Part shown: piece by piece, positions 53,511 through 61,851 of the stretch
How positions within the stretch are numbered: position 1 is the first letter of the stretch
How the letters are laid out: the number at the start of each line of letters is the position of its first letter
Virus record (IMG/VR): IMGVR_UViG_3300025073_000006
Length of the DNA stretch: 64,000 nt
From: a virus
Direction: 5' to 3' (one strand)
Notes under the pieces: model-generated
The model's database searches: none
Seen by the model: the letters and a program-made list of their open reading frames with translations, nothing else
Told to the model about the DNA's origin: nothing
Program-made: the position numbers and the translations under genes

Positions 53511-54524
53511 TCAGGCTCCTGTGTAGTCGATGGCGTCCATGTCGAGTGTGTCCAGCGTGGCGTTTGCCGGGGCTGTGGGGGCCGTGGCCGCGTCGGCGAC
53601 CGGTACCCCCGCCATCTCCCGCCTGCGCATCTCGACGAGCACACGGGCGGCAGCTCGGGCGTCGTCGAGGGCGCGGTGGGCCTGGCCCTGCTCGACGCCG
53701 AAGTGGGTGCAGGCGGCGGCGAGGCTCACGCTGTTCTTCGCCCGGCCCTTGCGGTCGGCGATGGTGACGCTGCGGGCCCTCATGTGGTCGTGGGCCGCCA
53801 GCATGATGCAGTGGCCCCACGACCACCACAGGGCGGTACCGTGTGCGGCGATGTAGGCCGGATCGGTGGACGAGCAGCGGATACCCGTGCGCACCATCAT
53901 CGGCGCGTCGAAGGCGACGCTGAACGCCGTCACGATGATCGGGCCCGCCGCGCGGCGCAACAGGGACTCGAACAGCACCTTCGCACCCGACTCGGGTGGC
54001 GCGTGTTCGAGCATCGCCCGGGTGATGCCGTTCACCGCGAGCGCCTGGTCTGCACGCTCGTCGAGGATGTCGGGCCGCACGAGGGTCGACATGCAGGCGA
54101 CCTCGTGGCCGTAAAAATCAAGCAAGACCGCGCCGAGCTCGACGACGCGGGCCCAGTCCTGGCCCGGGAAGCCCGTCGTCTCGGTGTCGACGACGACGGT
54201 GAAGGCGTCGAAGAGGACGGGGGCGGTCGCCGGGGCTGGCTCGCGTGATGATGCGGGCGGGCGGTCGATGAGCGGGGGCAGTGGCTGGTTCAGGGCGTCA
54301 CGAACAACGGCCAGGCTGTGCGTTTTCGCCCACTCATTCACCTTCACCTCGACTTCGCCCTCGGTGCCGGTGACCTGGTCGACCACCATCAGGCCGTCCT
54401 TGACGCGCTGCACGAGGACTGCAGCGGCGTAGTCACCCTCGTCCCCGTAGTCGGCGCCGATCCCGTAGGCCCCCACCTTGTCGAGAGCGGGCAGCACTAC
54501 TGACCTCTCGCCGTTTCCTGCCAT
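53511..54524 (-). CDS. DEDDh 3'-5' exonuclease (DnaQ/epsilon-like) with N-terminal extension
   Basis: Exo I VVDTETTG, Exo II AFSVAFDAPMM, Exo III HRALDDARAAA. Confidence 0.85.
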   Translation of the reverse strand: MAGNGERSVVLPALDKVGAYGIGADYGDEGDYAAAVLVQRVKDGLMVVDQVTGTEGEVEVKVNEWAKTHSLAVVRDALNQPLPPLIDRPPASSREPAPATAPVLFDAFTVVVDTETTGFPGQDWARVVELGAVLLDFYGHEVACMSTLVRPDILDERADQALAVNGITRAMLEHAPPESGAKVLFESLLRRAAGPIIVTAFSVAFDAPMMVRTGIRCSSTDPAYIAAHGTALWWSWGHCIMLAAHDHMRARSVTIADRKGRAKNSVSLAAACTHFGVEQGQAHRALDDARAAARVLVEMRRREMAGVPVADAATAPTAPANATLDTLDMDAIDYTGA

Positions 54525-54559
54525 GTCGCCTCCGCTGGAGCGTGTAACCGGGCGGTGTC

Positions 54560-54588
54560 AGTGTACTTGATCCAGGTGGGCGAGGCAA
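54560..54588 (-). promoter_or_regulatory. Putative promoter TTGCCT-N17-TACACT (minus strand)
   Basis: In the 129-bp gap upstream of exonuclease ATG 54524, followed by a GGAGG RBS. Confidence 0.35.
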
Positions 54589-54653
54589 CGGGGGGTGAGG
54601 AAGATGCCCGCGATTTCCAAATAGCTGGCGTAGTGCCGAAATAAACCGCACCA

Positions 54654-54854
54654 TCACCGCCGCCCCTCCTGCCCCTCGCACCCCGCCTCCGCCTCGTCCA
54701 GCGCGTCGAGCACCCGATGCAGGGCCCACGTCGCCCGTGAAGCCCTCCCCCTCGCCTGGTCGAGTCGGTGGAGGTCCGCGGGGCTCAGGGACAGCCCTAC
54801 GCGCTCACGGGGGCGGCGTTCGGTGTCGGGGGTGTGTGCCGGGGTGCTGGACAT
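54654..54854 (-). CDS. Small ribbon-helix-helix-like regulator (66 aa)
   Basis: RVGLSLSPADLHRLDQARGRASRATWALHRVLDAL fits a strand-helix-helix pattern. No SD. TATACT ends 6 nt upstream of the ATG. Confidence 0.5.
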   Translation of the reverse strand: MSSTPAHTPDTERRPRERVGLSLSPADLHRLDQARGRASRATWALHRVLDALDEAEAGCEGQEGRR

Positions 54855-55025
54855 GCTCGGAGTATAGCGGGTGCGGTCGCCCGTGGCTACCCGTGGGGCG
54901 ATGGGGACATGCCGCGCCCCTGCTCATCCGTGCGTCCTTCCTCCTCCCGGGCGTCGTTGTGATCGTCGCCGTCGGTGCTTTCCCCTCCACGCCCTCACCT
55001 CTGCGCCCCCTTGAGCGTCCTCTAC

Positions 55026-55402
55026 TTGCGACGGTTGCGACGGCTTGCGACGGATCTTGCGACGTGACTTGTCTACCTTCTAGTTATGTTTTACCTCAAC
55101 TAGAATATATACGTCGCAATGTCGCACCCCAAATCGTCGCAGAGCATTTTCGCCAAATGGGTACACCCTTACCACAGGGGTATGATCCATTTCCCCGATC
55201 CCTATAGGGGCTTTTGGCGGCGACGTTGCGACGTGGCGGTGAAACCGCCGCATAGTTGGCGTTCCACCGATACACCTTACGTCGCAAGTCACTTGCGACG
55301 GCTTGCGACCGCCTGCGACGTTGACTTGCTGATTCCCCACACGCAACGCCACATTACAGCGTCACACGGATCGCGTCAAGGCGATCTGCGACATTGCGAC
55401 GG
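55026..55402. promoter_or_regulatory. Iteron cluster (TTGCGACG) with AT-rich core: putative replication origin and/or operator array
   Basis: Perfect TTGCGACG on plus at 55026, 55035, 55045, 55057, 55226, 55293, 55394. Inverted copies at 55111-55119 and 55279-55287. Near copies at 55303, 55313, 55386, 55120, 55133. AT-rich 55078-55112. Lies in the largest non-coding gap (54855..55411), next to the helicase gene. Confidence 0.65.
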
Positions 55403-55411
55403 ACCGCCCCC

Positions 55412-57451
55412 TCAACGCTCGTCGAGGCCGTCCATCGCGTCCTGGCTCTCGGCGAGCAGGGCGATGCCGGTGGGTCGCGTGTCGAGGTTCGGGGGCTGCA
55501 CCGGCATCCGGTAGTCGGTGCGCCCCTTCGCCGTCTTGGTCCATCCCCGGGCGGCCCACTGCCGGAAGATCGTGCCAGGCTCGCCGAACCCAGCCTGTTG
55601 CAGCACCCGCCGCAGGTGTGCCGACGAGCAGAGCCAGTAGTCGCCGCCGGACGACTTCCACCCGAGCCACCCACCAGGGGGCGGTTTCGTCACAGAGTCC
55701 GGGCTGTGGAAGAACTCGCCGTTTGAGCCGATCCACGCCCACGTCGTCTCCAGCGCCCTGAGCGCCTGGTCCGCCTCGCCGCACGCTTTGAGGACCTGCT
55801 GCCAGATCCACGCCAGCGTGGCGTCCGCCCCGCCCTCGGGCTTGGGGCATCCGACCGCGTGGACGAATGCCGCGGTGGCGCCGATGGTCGCCATGTACTT
55901 GGCCGCGCGTCCGGCGATCCGCGTCGTCGCGTCCTTGGCATAGTCCGCTTCGCTGCGGCGGTACGCCGCCCGCATCCCGTCGACCTGTTCGTGCGTCAAC
56001 CCGACGAGCCTGTCGAGGATGCGCGGGTAGAGGTGGCCGTGGTGCTGTCGGATGGCGGCCACGAGATCGTCAGCCTGCTTCTTGTCGCGCATGGGTGCGC
56101 CGTGGACGACGAGGATACGGGCCCGCACGCCGTCGGTGGGCGCCCAGTTCGTGATCCCCTCCTCGCTGGTCGAGATGACCACGGTGCGCCAGTCGTCGAC
56201 GTGGGCGAGCCCCAGGCGCCCCAGCGCGCCCTTGGCCCGGCTGCTGCCCTCAGCCAGGGCGTAGAGCAGGGCACCGGCGGCCGGACGGTCCTGGGGCTTC
56301 ACGAGCTGCCCCTCATTCAGAGCCAGCGGCAGGTCGCAGAGGATCCCCGCCGTCCCCTCGGCGCCGGCCAGCGTCGCACCCCACGACCGATAGCCGCGCC
56401 CGTTGCGGGGCATCCCGTAGGTGCTCACCCCGAACTCGAGGACTGTCGACTTCCCGCTTGAGCTGTCCCCGGCGAAGTCGACGCCGAAGTTCGGCGCGTC
56501 GAGGATGCGCAGGAACGGCGCGGCGGCGGCGGCGTACATGGCGAGGAAGGCGTGCGGTCGGTCCGCCACGACGCGCACCGCGTCACACCACCCCTCCCAC
56601 GTCCCCAGCGGCGCGATGGATTCGGCGAGCTGCCGGGCACCGGCCGACGAGGGCACGTAGCGGGTCGGCGATGGCGTCTGGCCGAACGGCTGGATGCACA
56701 GGTCACCCAGCAGGTAGGCGCTCCTCGACCGCCCCACCCACCCCATTCGCGCAGCCCCCGTGATGGTCGGGATGGCGGCCTGCTGATCAAGGCGGGTCAG
56801 CCACTCGACGAGGCGACGGGCCGACGACGATGACACCGGCAGGCCCTGGTCAGCGAGGCGCACAAGGGCGCGGGAGTCCAGCGCGACGGACCGGGGTACG
56901 CGCTCACGCTTCCACTCGTAGCCGTCCAGCCATGCCAGCTCGACGGAATAGGACCCGTCATCGGCGTCGACGAGGCGCGACGTGATCAGCAGGGGCACGC
57001 CGACGTGTTCGAGGTGGACCTGCCCGTCCGAGACACGGAGCCGGTGCAGCCCGTCGTCGTCTAGCCGCCATCCCGAGGGCACCGTCACGCCGGGCGGGTA
57101 GTCATCCCACCCCGACGCCTCACGCACCGTGATCGCCTCCTCGTGGTCGTCGACGACGCGGAGGTTCCGGTTTCGGCGCTTCTCGCGGTCGCGCTTCTCC
57201 TCCTTGAGCCTCGACCTGAGCAGGCCGGCGGCGGTCGCGGTCAGCACGGCGCCGAGCCTCATGCACTGCGCCTCGACTTCCGCCCCCCGGGTGAGGTAGG
57301 CGTCGACGACGCGGCCGAACAGGTCGCAGTCGCTGAGCAAGTCGATCAGGGGGCCTTGTCGCTCGGACGATGTCTCGCCCCCGTCCGCTGCGATCTGGTC
57401 GACCGTGGCCGCGAGGATGGCGACGCCGTCTCGGTGGTCGGGTGCGTTCAC
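55412..57451 (-). CDS. DUF927-type P-loop replicative helicase / origin-binding ATPase
   Basis: GTG 57451 follows GGAGGAG (the track ORF extends to 57571). Walker A FAGDSSSGKST, Walker B-like region, about 680 aa as in plasmid/phage DUF927 helicases. Adjacent to the iterons. Confidence 0.75.
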   Translation of the reverse strand: MNAPDHRDGVAILAATVDQIAADGGETSSERQGPLIDLLSDCDLFGRVVDAYLTRGAEVEAQCMRLGAVLTATAAGLLRSRLKEEKRDREKRRNRNLRVVDDHEEAITVREASGWDDYPPGVTVPSGWRLDDDGLHRLRVSDGQVHLEHVGVPLLITSRLVDADDGSYSVELAWLDGYEWKRERVPRSVALDSRALVRLADQGLPVSSSSARRLVEWLTRLDQQAAIPTITGAARMGWVGRSRSAYLLGDLCIQPFGQTPSPTRYVPSSAGARQLAESIAPLGTWEGWCDAVRVVADRPHAFLAMYAAAAAPFLRILDAPNFGVDFAGDSSSGKSTVLEFGVSTYGMPRNGRGYRSWGATLAGAEGTAGILCDLPLALNEGQLVKPQDRPAAGALLYALAEGSSRAKGALGRLGLAHVDDWRTVVISTSEEGITNWAPTDGVRARILVVHGAPMRDKKQADDLVAAIRQHHGHLYPRILDRLVGLTHEQVDGMRAAYRRSEADYAKDATTRIAGRAAKYMATIGATAAFVHAVGCPKPEGGADATLAWIWQQVLKACGEADQALRALETTWAWIGSNGEFFHSPDSVTKPPPGGWLGWKSSGGDYWLCSSAHLRRVLQQAGFGEPGTIFRQWAARGWTKTAKGRTDYRMPVQPPNLDTRPTGIALLAESQDAMDGLDER

Positions 57452-57452
57452 G

Positions 57453-58094
57453 TCAGAACTCCTCCATCTCGGCGTCAGCACCCTCGGCGTTTCGCGCTCG
57501 ACAGTACTCCTCGAACGGCTCGCCCAGGTAGATGGTCCGGATCCCCTTGTCGCGCAGCGTGGCCCGGTCATCGGCGGACATGCGCCAGCACGTCGCTACG
57601 ACGAACTTCACCCCATCCGTGTGCTCGCGGTAGAGCGCCATCTGGCGCGCGATGTCGCCGATGTCCACCGGCTTGACTTTGACTTCAACCATGGCCAGCC
57701 GAACATCCCCACTCCCCCGCCACACCCGCACTTCGTGCGAATACGGTCGGACTTCCGCGAACCCGACGATCGACAAACGCACCCTCAACACCACGTCGAC
57801 GAACCCGACGAGGTACCCGTGGCTTTTGGTGATCGGGGCCTCGATCACACTGCTCACGAAGGTCAACCCCGTCGTCCACTCCGATCTCCGCCGCCGATCT
57901 GACGGGTCGCTGGCGATTCTCACCATCTCCTCATCGGTGGGATGGTCCCCGTTGGGCCAGATCATGCCCGCGAGTTTCAGCGCCACGTCCTCGCGACAGA
58001 GGTACTGACAGGCGAGTGTGTGCCGCCGGTCGCGCTTGTCGGGGTCGCTGAACCCGAGCGATGCGAGCAGGGTCCGCTCGTGTGAATGAGCCAT
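57453..58094 (-). CDS. PD-(D/E)XK nuclease-fold protein
   Basis: GYLVGFVDVVL ... LAMVEVKVKP fits the D...(D/E)xK signature. Confidence 0.55.
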   Translation of the reverse strand: MAHSHERTLLASLGFSDPDKRDRRHTLACQYLCREDVALKLAGMIWPNGDHPTDEEMVRIASDPSDRRRRSEWTTGLTFVSSVIEAPITKSHGYLVGFVDVVLRVRLSIVGFAEVRPYSHEVRVWRGSGDVRLAMVEVKVKPVDIGDIARQMALYREHTDGVKFVVATCWRMSADDRATLRDKGIRTIYLGEPFEEYCRARNAEGADAEMEEF

Positions 58095-58236
58095 GTCAAC
58101 TCCAGCGCCGCCCAGCCTGCCGGTACTTCACTCCCGACAGGCGGGCGGCTGGAGGTGGCCCTCATGGGGGCCGACAGAGAACAGGGGCTGGTGAAGTTCA
58201 GCCACGTCCAGACAGTAGCAAGCGGCGCCGTCAAGG

Positions 58237-59817
58237 TCAAGCGCCCTCCCCGGCCGGCGCCATCTTCCGCCCGCCTCGCCCCGCCGCGAGGATGGCCTCA
58301 TGGTCGGGAACCTGCACGCGCACGAGTCGCGCATCCCACTGCACCATGTTCGGGTACACCCCCGCCTCGACGTCGATCCTCGGCCTCGCCCACCGCGCGC
58401 CGCCGTACAGCACGTCGAGCAGGTCCGCCGCCTGCCCCCTCGTCAGCGCGTAGGGCACCTTCACCAGCGCCTTGATCGCGTCCCGGTGTTCGTCGGGGAT
58501 GTGCCGGGTCTGCTTGCTGGCGCCCTTGATGGCCTCGACCTGGCGCTCGGTCACGGCGGCGAGGCACCACCCGCCCCGGTCGTATTTGGGCGGTTCAAGG
58601 ATGCCCGCGCTCAAGAGCTGCTGCCGGAGGTCGTCGAGGTAGCTCACGAGCAGGTCGAGTGCCGTCGCCTCCTCGGCGGTGGGCTCGCGGTCGCTGTGCT
58701 TGGCGCCGCCCTCCCGCTGCTCAGCCTCTGCCATCTCGACGAGCGAGCCATAGATCGCGGCCGGCGTCGACCAGCCGAACCGGCCGGACACGAGCCACGG
58801 GTCGATGATGATCCCCTCTGTCTTCGGCCCCCACCGATCTGGTTCGTCGAGCGCGCCGAGCACGCGCATGGACTCCTGGATCCACCGCACGGACGCGCCC
58901 ACGTTGCGCCGGATGGCGATCCACCGAAGCCCCGGCAGCGTCACGCCCTCGCTCAGCAGCGAGACGTGGACGAGGCAATCCGTCTCCCCCGTCCAGAGCG
59001 ACCCGATGCGCCGGGCCTGCTCCTCGGGCGATTGCCGGGAGTGGATAGGCAGCGCCCGCCAGCCTCGCTCACCGAGCCATTCCGCGTACCTCTCGGCGTC
59101 GGGGATGTCCCACGCGCTGACGACGCCTGGCCCGACGCCGCGGGCGTGCTGCTCCATCAGCGCCAGGGTCGCCTCGTCGATCCGGTCGGTGTCGTAGCCC
59201 TCGATCCGGACGATGCGCGGCGGGACCACGGCGCCGTCACGGATGGCGTCGAGCAGTCCGTACTCGACCACGACCTCGTGGAACAGCTCCAGCACCTCGC
59301 CCTTCTTCGAGCGGTACGGGGTCCCGGTGCAGCCCAGGAGCGCAGGAGGTGCCATCGCGCGGACGGTGGACAGCACGCCATCAGCCTGGGAGCGGTGTGC
59401 CTCGTCGAGCATCAGCAGCGCGACCTTGCGCCCGCGGCTGGCGAGGTCAAGGTGAAGGCGTGGGAGCGAGTCGTTGCAGCAGATGATCACGTCGCGAGTC
59501 GGCTGCTTCTTGCGCCCGTAGTACTTGCCGACGTGCTGGGCTCCGAGGCGCTCGGCGAAGGTGTTGTGCAGGTCGTTGACGAGGCGATCCTTCGGGGTCA
59601 CGACGACGACAGCCCGCCCGGCGAGGCGGGGCAGAGCAACCCATGCGACCTCGGCGAGCAGGACCGACTTCCCCGATCGCGGCGTAGCTGAGATTAAGGA
59701 AGGCGCCCGCCGCCGCATCGCCCCGACGACGAGCGGCAGCGCCTCGGCCTGCCACCGGCGAGGGGGCCGGGGTGCGCCGTCCCAGGGGGTCACAGCGCCG
59801 CCGCCCACGTCGTCCAC
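58237..59817 (-). CDS. SF2 DEAD/DEAH-box helicase
   Basis: Motif I ATPRSGKS, motif II MLDEAH, motif III GCTGTP, C-terminal RecA-like lobe. An alternative GTG start at 59793 overlaps the upstream stop (GTGA). Confidence 0.85.
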   Translation of the reverse strand: MDDVGGGAVTPWDGAPRPPRRWQAEALPLVVGAMRRRAPSLISATPRSGKSVLLAEVAWVALPRLAGRAVVVVTPKDRLVNDLHNTFAERLGAQHVGKYYGRKKQPTRDVIICCNDSLPRLHLDLASRGRKVALLMLDEAHRSQADGVLSTVRAMAPPALLGCTGTPYRSKKGEVLELFHEVVVEYGLLDAIRDGAVVPPRIVRIEGYDTDRIDEATLALMEQHARGVGPGVVSAWDIPDAERYAEWLGERGWRALPIHSRQSPEEQARRIGSLWTGETDCLVHVSLLSEGVTLPGLRWIAIRRNVGASVRWIQESMRVLGALDEPDRWGPKTEGIIIDPWLVSGRFGWSTPAAIYGSLVEMAEAEQREGGAKHSDREPTAEEATALDLLVSYLDDLRQQLLSAGILEPPKYDRGGWCLAAVTERQVEAIKGASKQTRHIPDEHRDAIKALVKVPYALTRGQAADLLDVLYGGARWARPRIDVEAGVYPNMVQWDARLVRVQVPDHEAILAAGRGGRKMAPAGEGA

Positions 59818-60287
59818 CCGAGATCCAGGGCCGAGTCCAGCGTGAGCCCTCCCTCACCCCGGTCCGCGCCGCCTGCCGCCCACCTCTGCCACCGGCTTTC
59901 GATAGCCTCCCACGGCACGAGGACCGCGACCTTCTGGCGGTCGAGCACGTAGCGCACGAGGATCGCTGCCCGGCGGCGCGCGTCGACGGACTGCCACGCA
60001 GTCAGCTTCCCGCCCTCGTCGCTGGTGATCGCCGACCACGGCAGACGGCGCCCCTCGATCTGCTTGGCTTCGAGGAGCCACGTCAAATGGTGCGCGGCGA
60101 CGACGAAATCGCACAGGGACCGCTCGCCGCGCTCCTGGACCCACACGACCTGCCGCCCCTGTTTGACGGCGCGCATCGGCGGGTACTGCTTCGCCCAGGC
60201 GTGGATCGCGCCCTGCCCCACCAGGGCGTCGAGCCCGTAGCGGATCATCGACTCCCATTCCTCCCCGGATTGCTGGGCGTGGGTCAT
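59790..60287 (-). CDS. RecU-like Holliday-junction resolvase (PD-(D/E)XK)
   Basis: GEEWESMI..Y......GAI.....K........then CDFVVAA....WLLEAKQ. Order and spacing resemble RecU. Confidence 0.6.
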   Translation of the reverse strand: MTHAQQSGEEWESMIRYGLDALVGQGAIHAWAKQYPPMRAVKQGRQVVWVQERGERSLCDFVVAAHHLTWLLEAKQIEGRRLPWSAITSDEGGKLTAWQSVDARRRAAILVRYVLDRQKVAVLVPWEAIESRWQRWAAGGADRGEGGLTLDSALDLGWTTWAAAL

Positions 60288-60979
60288 CTCCCCTCCAGTG
60301 GATTGCGGGGCCTGAGCGCGCCCCTGTCGAGTCCGCGCGCCACGGTGCGGCGGATGTCCCTGTCCAACACCCCGAGCCCGCCAGCGGACGCCTCCAGGGC
60401 AGCGCGGGCCGTCTCCCTGTCCAGCAGGCCGGCGCCGACGAGCCCCCCGAGAGAGTAGGCGATCCGGAACAGCCCCGGCGTGCGCTCACCCTGGGCAAGC
60501 CCCGCGACATCGCCGCACGCCCGATCCAGGGCCACTGCGACGAACCGCTCCGCACGCCCGTCCCCCTCGTCGAGCCGCGCCTTGACGCGCGCCCGCATCT
60601 CCCGGGCCCGCTCCTCTCGCACCGCCCGGTGTCGCTCGTCGCGCTCGTCCAGCGTCTCGACCCCCCACGATCGCCGCCGCAGCGCCACCCTCACCGCCTC
60701 ATCGTCGAGGCCCGGGTCCTCGACGTGCAGCGCCTCTGCCGCCAGGGCCAGCGCGCGAGCCGGCGAGATCGCCATCAGGGTCGACCACCACGCCGCGAGC
60801 CGTGCGCCTGTCCCCTCACCCTCGGGCGTGGCGAGCAGGTCGGCCCAGGCGTCGAGGAGGCAGCGACGGAGCAGGCCGAGCGGGTCGTCAGACGGGCGGG
60901 CGAGGGTATCGATGTGCGTCTCGAGACACCGCCGCTCGTGGTCGAGCAGGCAGAGTGGTCCGTGGATCTCGGGGGTCAC
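60284..60979 (-). CDS. Hypothetical protein (231 aa)
   Basis: Track ORF with GTGA/ATGA coupling at both ends. Confidence 0.55.
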   Translation of the reverse strand: MTPEIHGPLCLLDHERRCLETHIDTLARPSDDPLGLLRRCLLDAWADLLATPEGEGTGARLAAWWSTLMAISPARALALAAEALHVEDPGLDDEAVRVALRRRSWGVETLDERDERHRAVREERAREMRARVKARLDEGDGRAERFVAVALDRACGDVAGLAQGERTPGLFRIAYSLGGLVGAGLLDRETARAALEASAGGLGVLDRDIRRTVARGLDRGALRPRNPLEGR

Positions 60980-61512
60980 GCGCCGCTCCTCGCCAGCGCA
61001 GCCACCGCGGCCTCAACAGCGCACCCATAAACATCACACACGCGCCCAAGCCAACTCGCCCGGGGGGCGCCGCCGCCGCACTCCCACTGCGAAACAGCCT
61101 GCCGCGTGACAGCAACGCCCAAATCCGCAAGCGCAAAAACGATGGCATCCTGCGACAAATCGCGGCGCTGACGACAGGCCACAAGCATCGCCGCGAACGA
61201 CGCCGGCCGATGTGCCTCCACGCTGGGCAACAACGACTTCTTGTGCTGCCACGGCCTCGTGGGTGTCACCATTCGATCAGGCGTAAGGAGCCCCGCATCG
61301 TATCGGCCAGAGTGCACCCGACGATGACAAGTCGAGCACAACGGAACCACGTCGAGCGGTCGCGAGTAATCAACATGGTGGTAGTGAAAACGCCGCCGCT
61401 TACCGTCATTCTCGCCGCTCACGCCGCAATAAGCACACTGCCACGGCCTTCCCAGAACGCCGGTTTTCACCGCGCGTGTGCAAATCATATGCGCCCGCTG
61501 TTCCTCAGTCAT
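60976..61512 (-). CDS. HNH endonuclease-like domain fused to XRE-type HTH
   Basis: ATG 61512 inside track ORF 60976..61662. CAYCG....HYHHVDYSRPLDVVPLCSTCHRRVH (HNH/beta-beta-alpha-Me), then LSQDAIVFALADLGVAVTRQAVSQWECG (HTH_XRE). Confidence 0.6.
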   Translation of the reverse strand: MTEEQRAHMICTRAVKTGVLGRPWQCAYCGVSGENDGKRRRFHYHHVDYSRPLDVVPLCSTCHRRVHSGRYDAGLLTPDRMVTPTRPWQHKKSLLPSVEAHRPASFAAMLVACRQRRDLSQDAIVFALADLGVAVTRQAVSQWECGGGAPRASWLGRVCDVYGCAVEAAVAALARSGA

Positions 61513-61729
61513 GGGTCCCCTTCTCCTCGTCCCCGCCGACGACGACCGACACCCCGACGGCCTCGGCCACCGCCGCCAGGGACCGGAACGCGATCCCCTC
61601 CCGCACGCCGCGCTCCAAGTCGCTGACGGTCGGCTGGGACACGCCCGCCCTCGCCGCGACATCCTCCTGCTTGAGCCCGAGCCGCACTCGGGCTTCCTTG
61701 AGTCGACGACCCACCTGCACGTAGTCCAT
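61505..61729 (-). CDS. XRE/Cro-CI family transcriptional regulator (74 aa)
   Basis: ATG 61729 follows AGGAG. VGRRLKEARVRLGLKQEDVAARAGVSQPTVSDLERG is a canonical XRE HTH. First gene of the leftward block at the divergent junction. Confidence 0.75.
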   Translation of the reverse strand: MDYVQVGRRLKEARVRLGLKQEDVAARAGVSQPTVSDLERGVREGIAFRSLAAVAEAVGVSVVVGGDEEKGTHD

Positions 61730-61756
61730 GACCGCTCCTGTTTCCGGCACCGTACC

Positions 61757-61770
61757 CCGCGCCGTTATCC
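61757..61770. promoter_or_regulatory. Operator-like element CCGCGCCGTTATCC (left copy)
   Basis: Inverted partner at 61811..61823 (13 of 14 positions). Lies in the spacer of a candidate leftward promoter (GTGACG-N17-TACGGT, plus coordinates 61749-61777). Confidence 0.4.
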
Positions 61771-61800
61771 ACGTCACGTATTTTATTTGCGCCGTCCATA

Positions 61801-61829
61801 TTGACGCCCCGGATACGGCGCGGTAAGGT
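61801..61829 (+). promoter_or_regulatory. Putative rightward promoter TTGACG-N17-TAAGGT
   Basis: Located 23 nt upstream of ATG 61852 with a GGAGG RBS between. The spacer contains GGATACGGCGCGG (61811-61823). Confidence 0.4.
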
Positions 61830-61851
61830 CCCCTCATCACCTGGAGGCCCG

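Noticed and set aside
55026-55402. Possibility that the repeated units form a CRISPR array.
   Set aside because: The units are only 8-9 bp, occur in both orientations with irregular 1-160 bp spacing, and there are no 25-40 bp repeats or spacers and no cas genes.
55119-55514. A 131-aa plus ORF, and other short ORFs, inside the iteron gap.
   Set aside because: They are built from the repeated TTGCGACG units (recurrent CDV/ATA-type peptides) and have no RBS. The region behaves as non-coding regulatory DNA.
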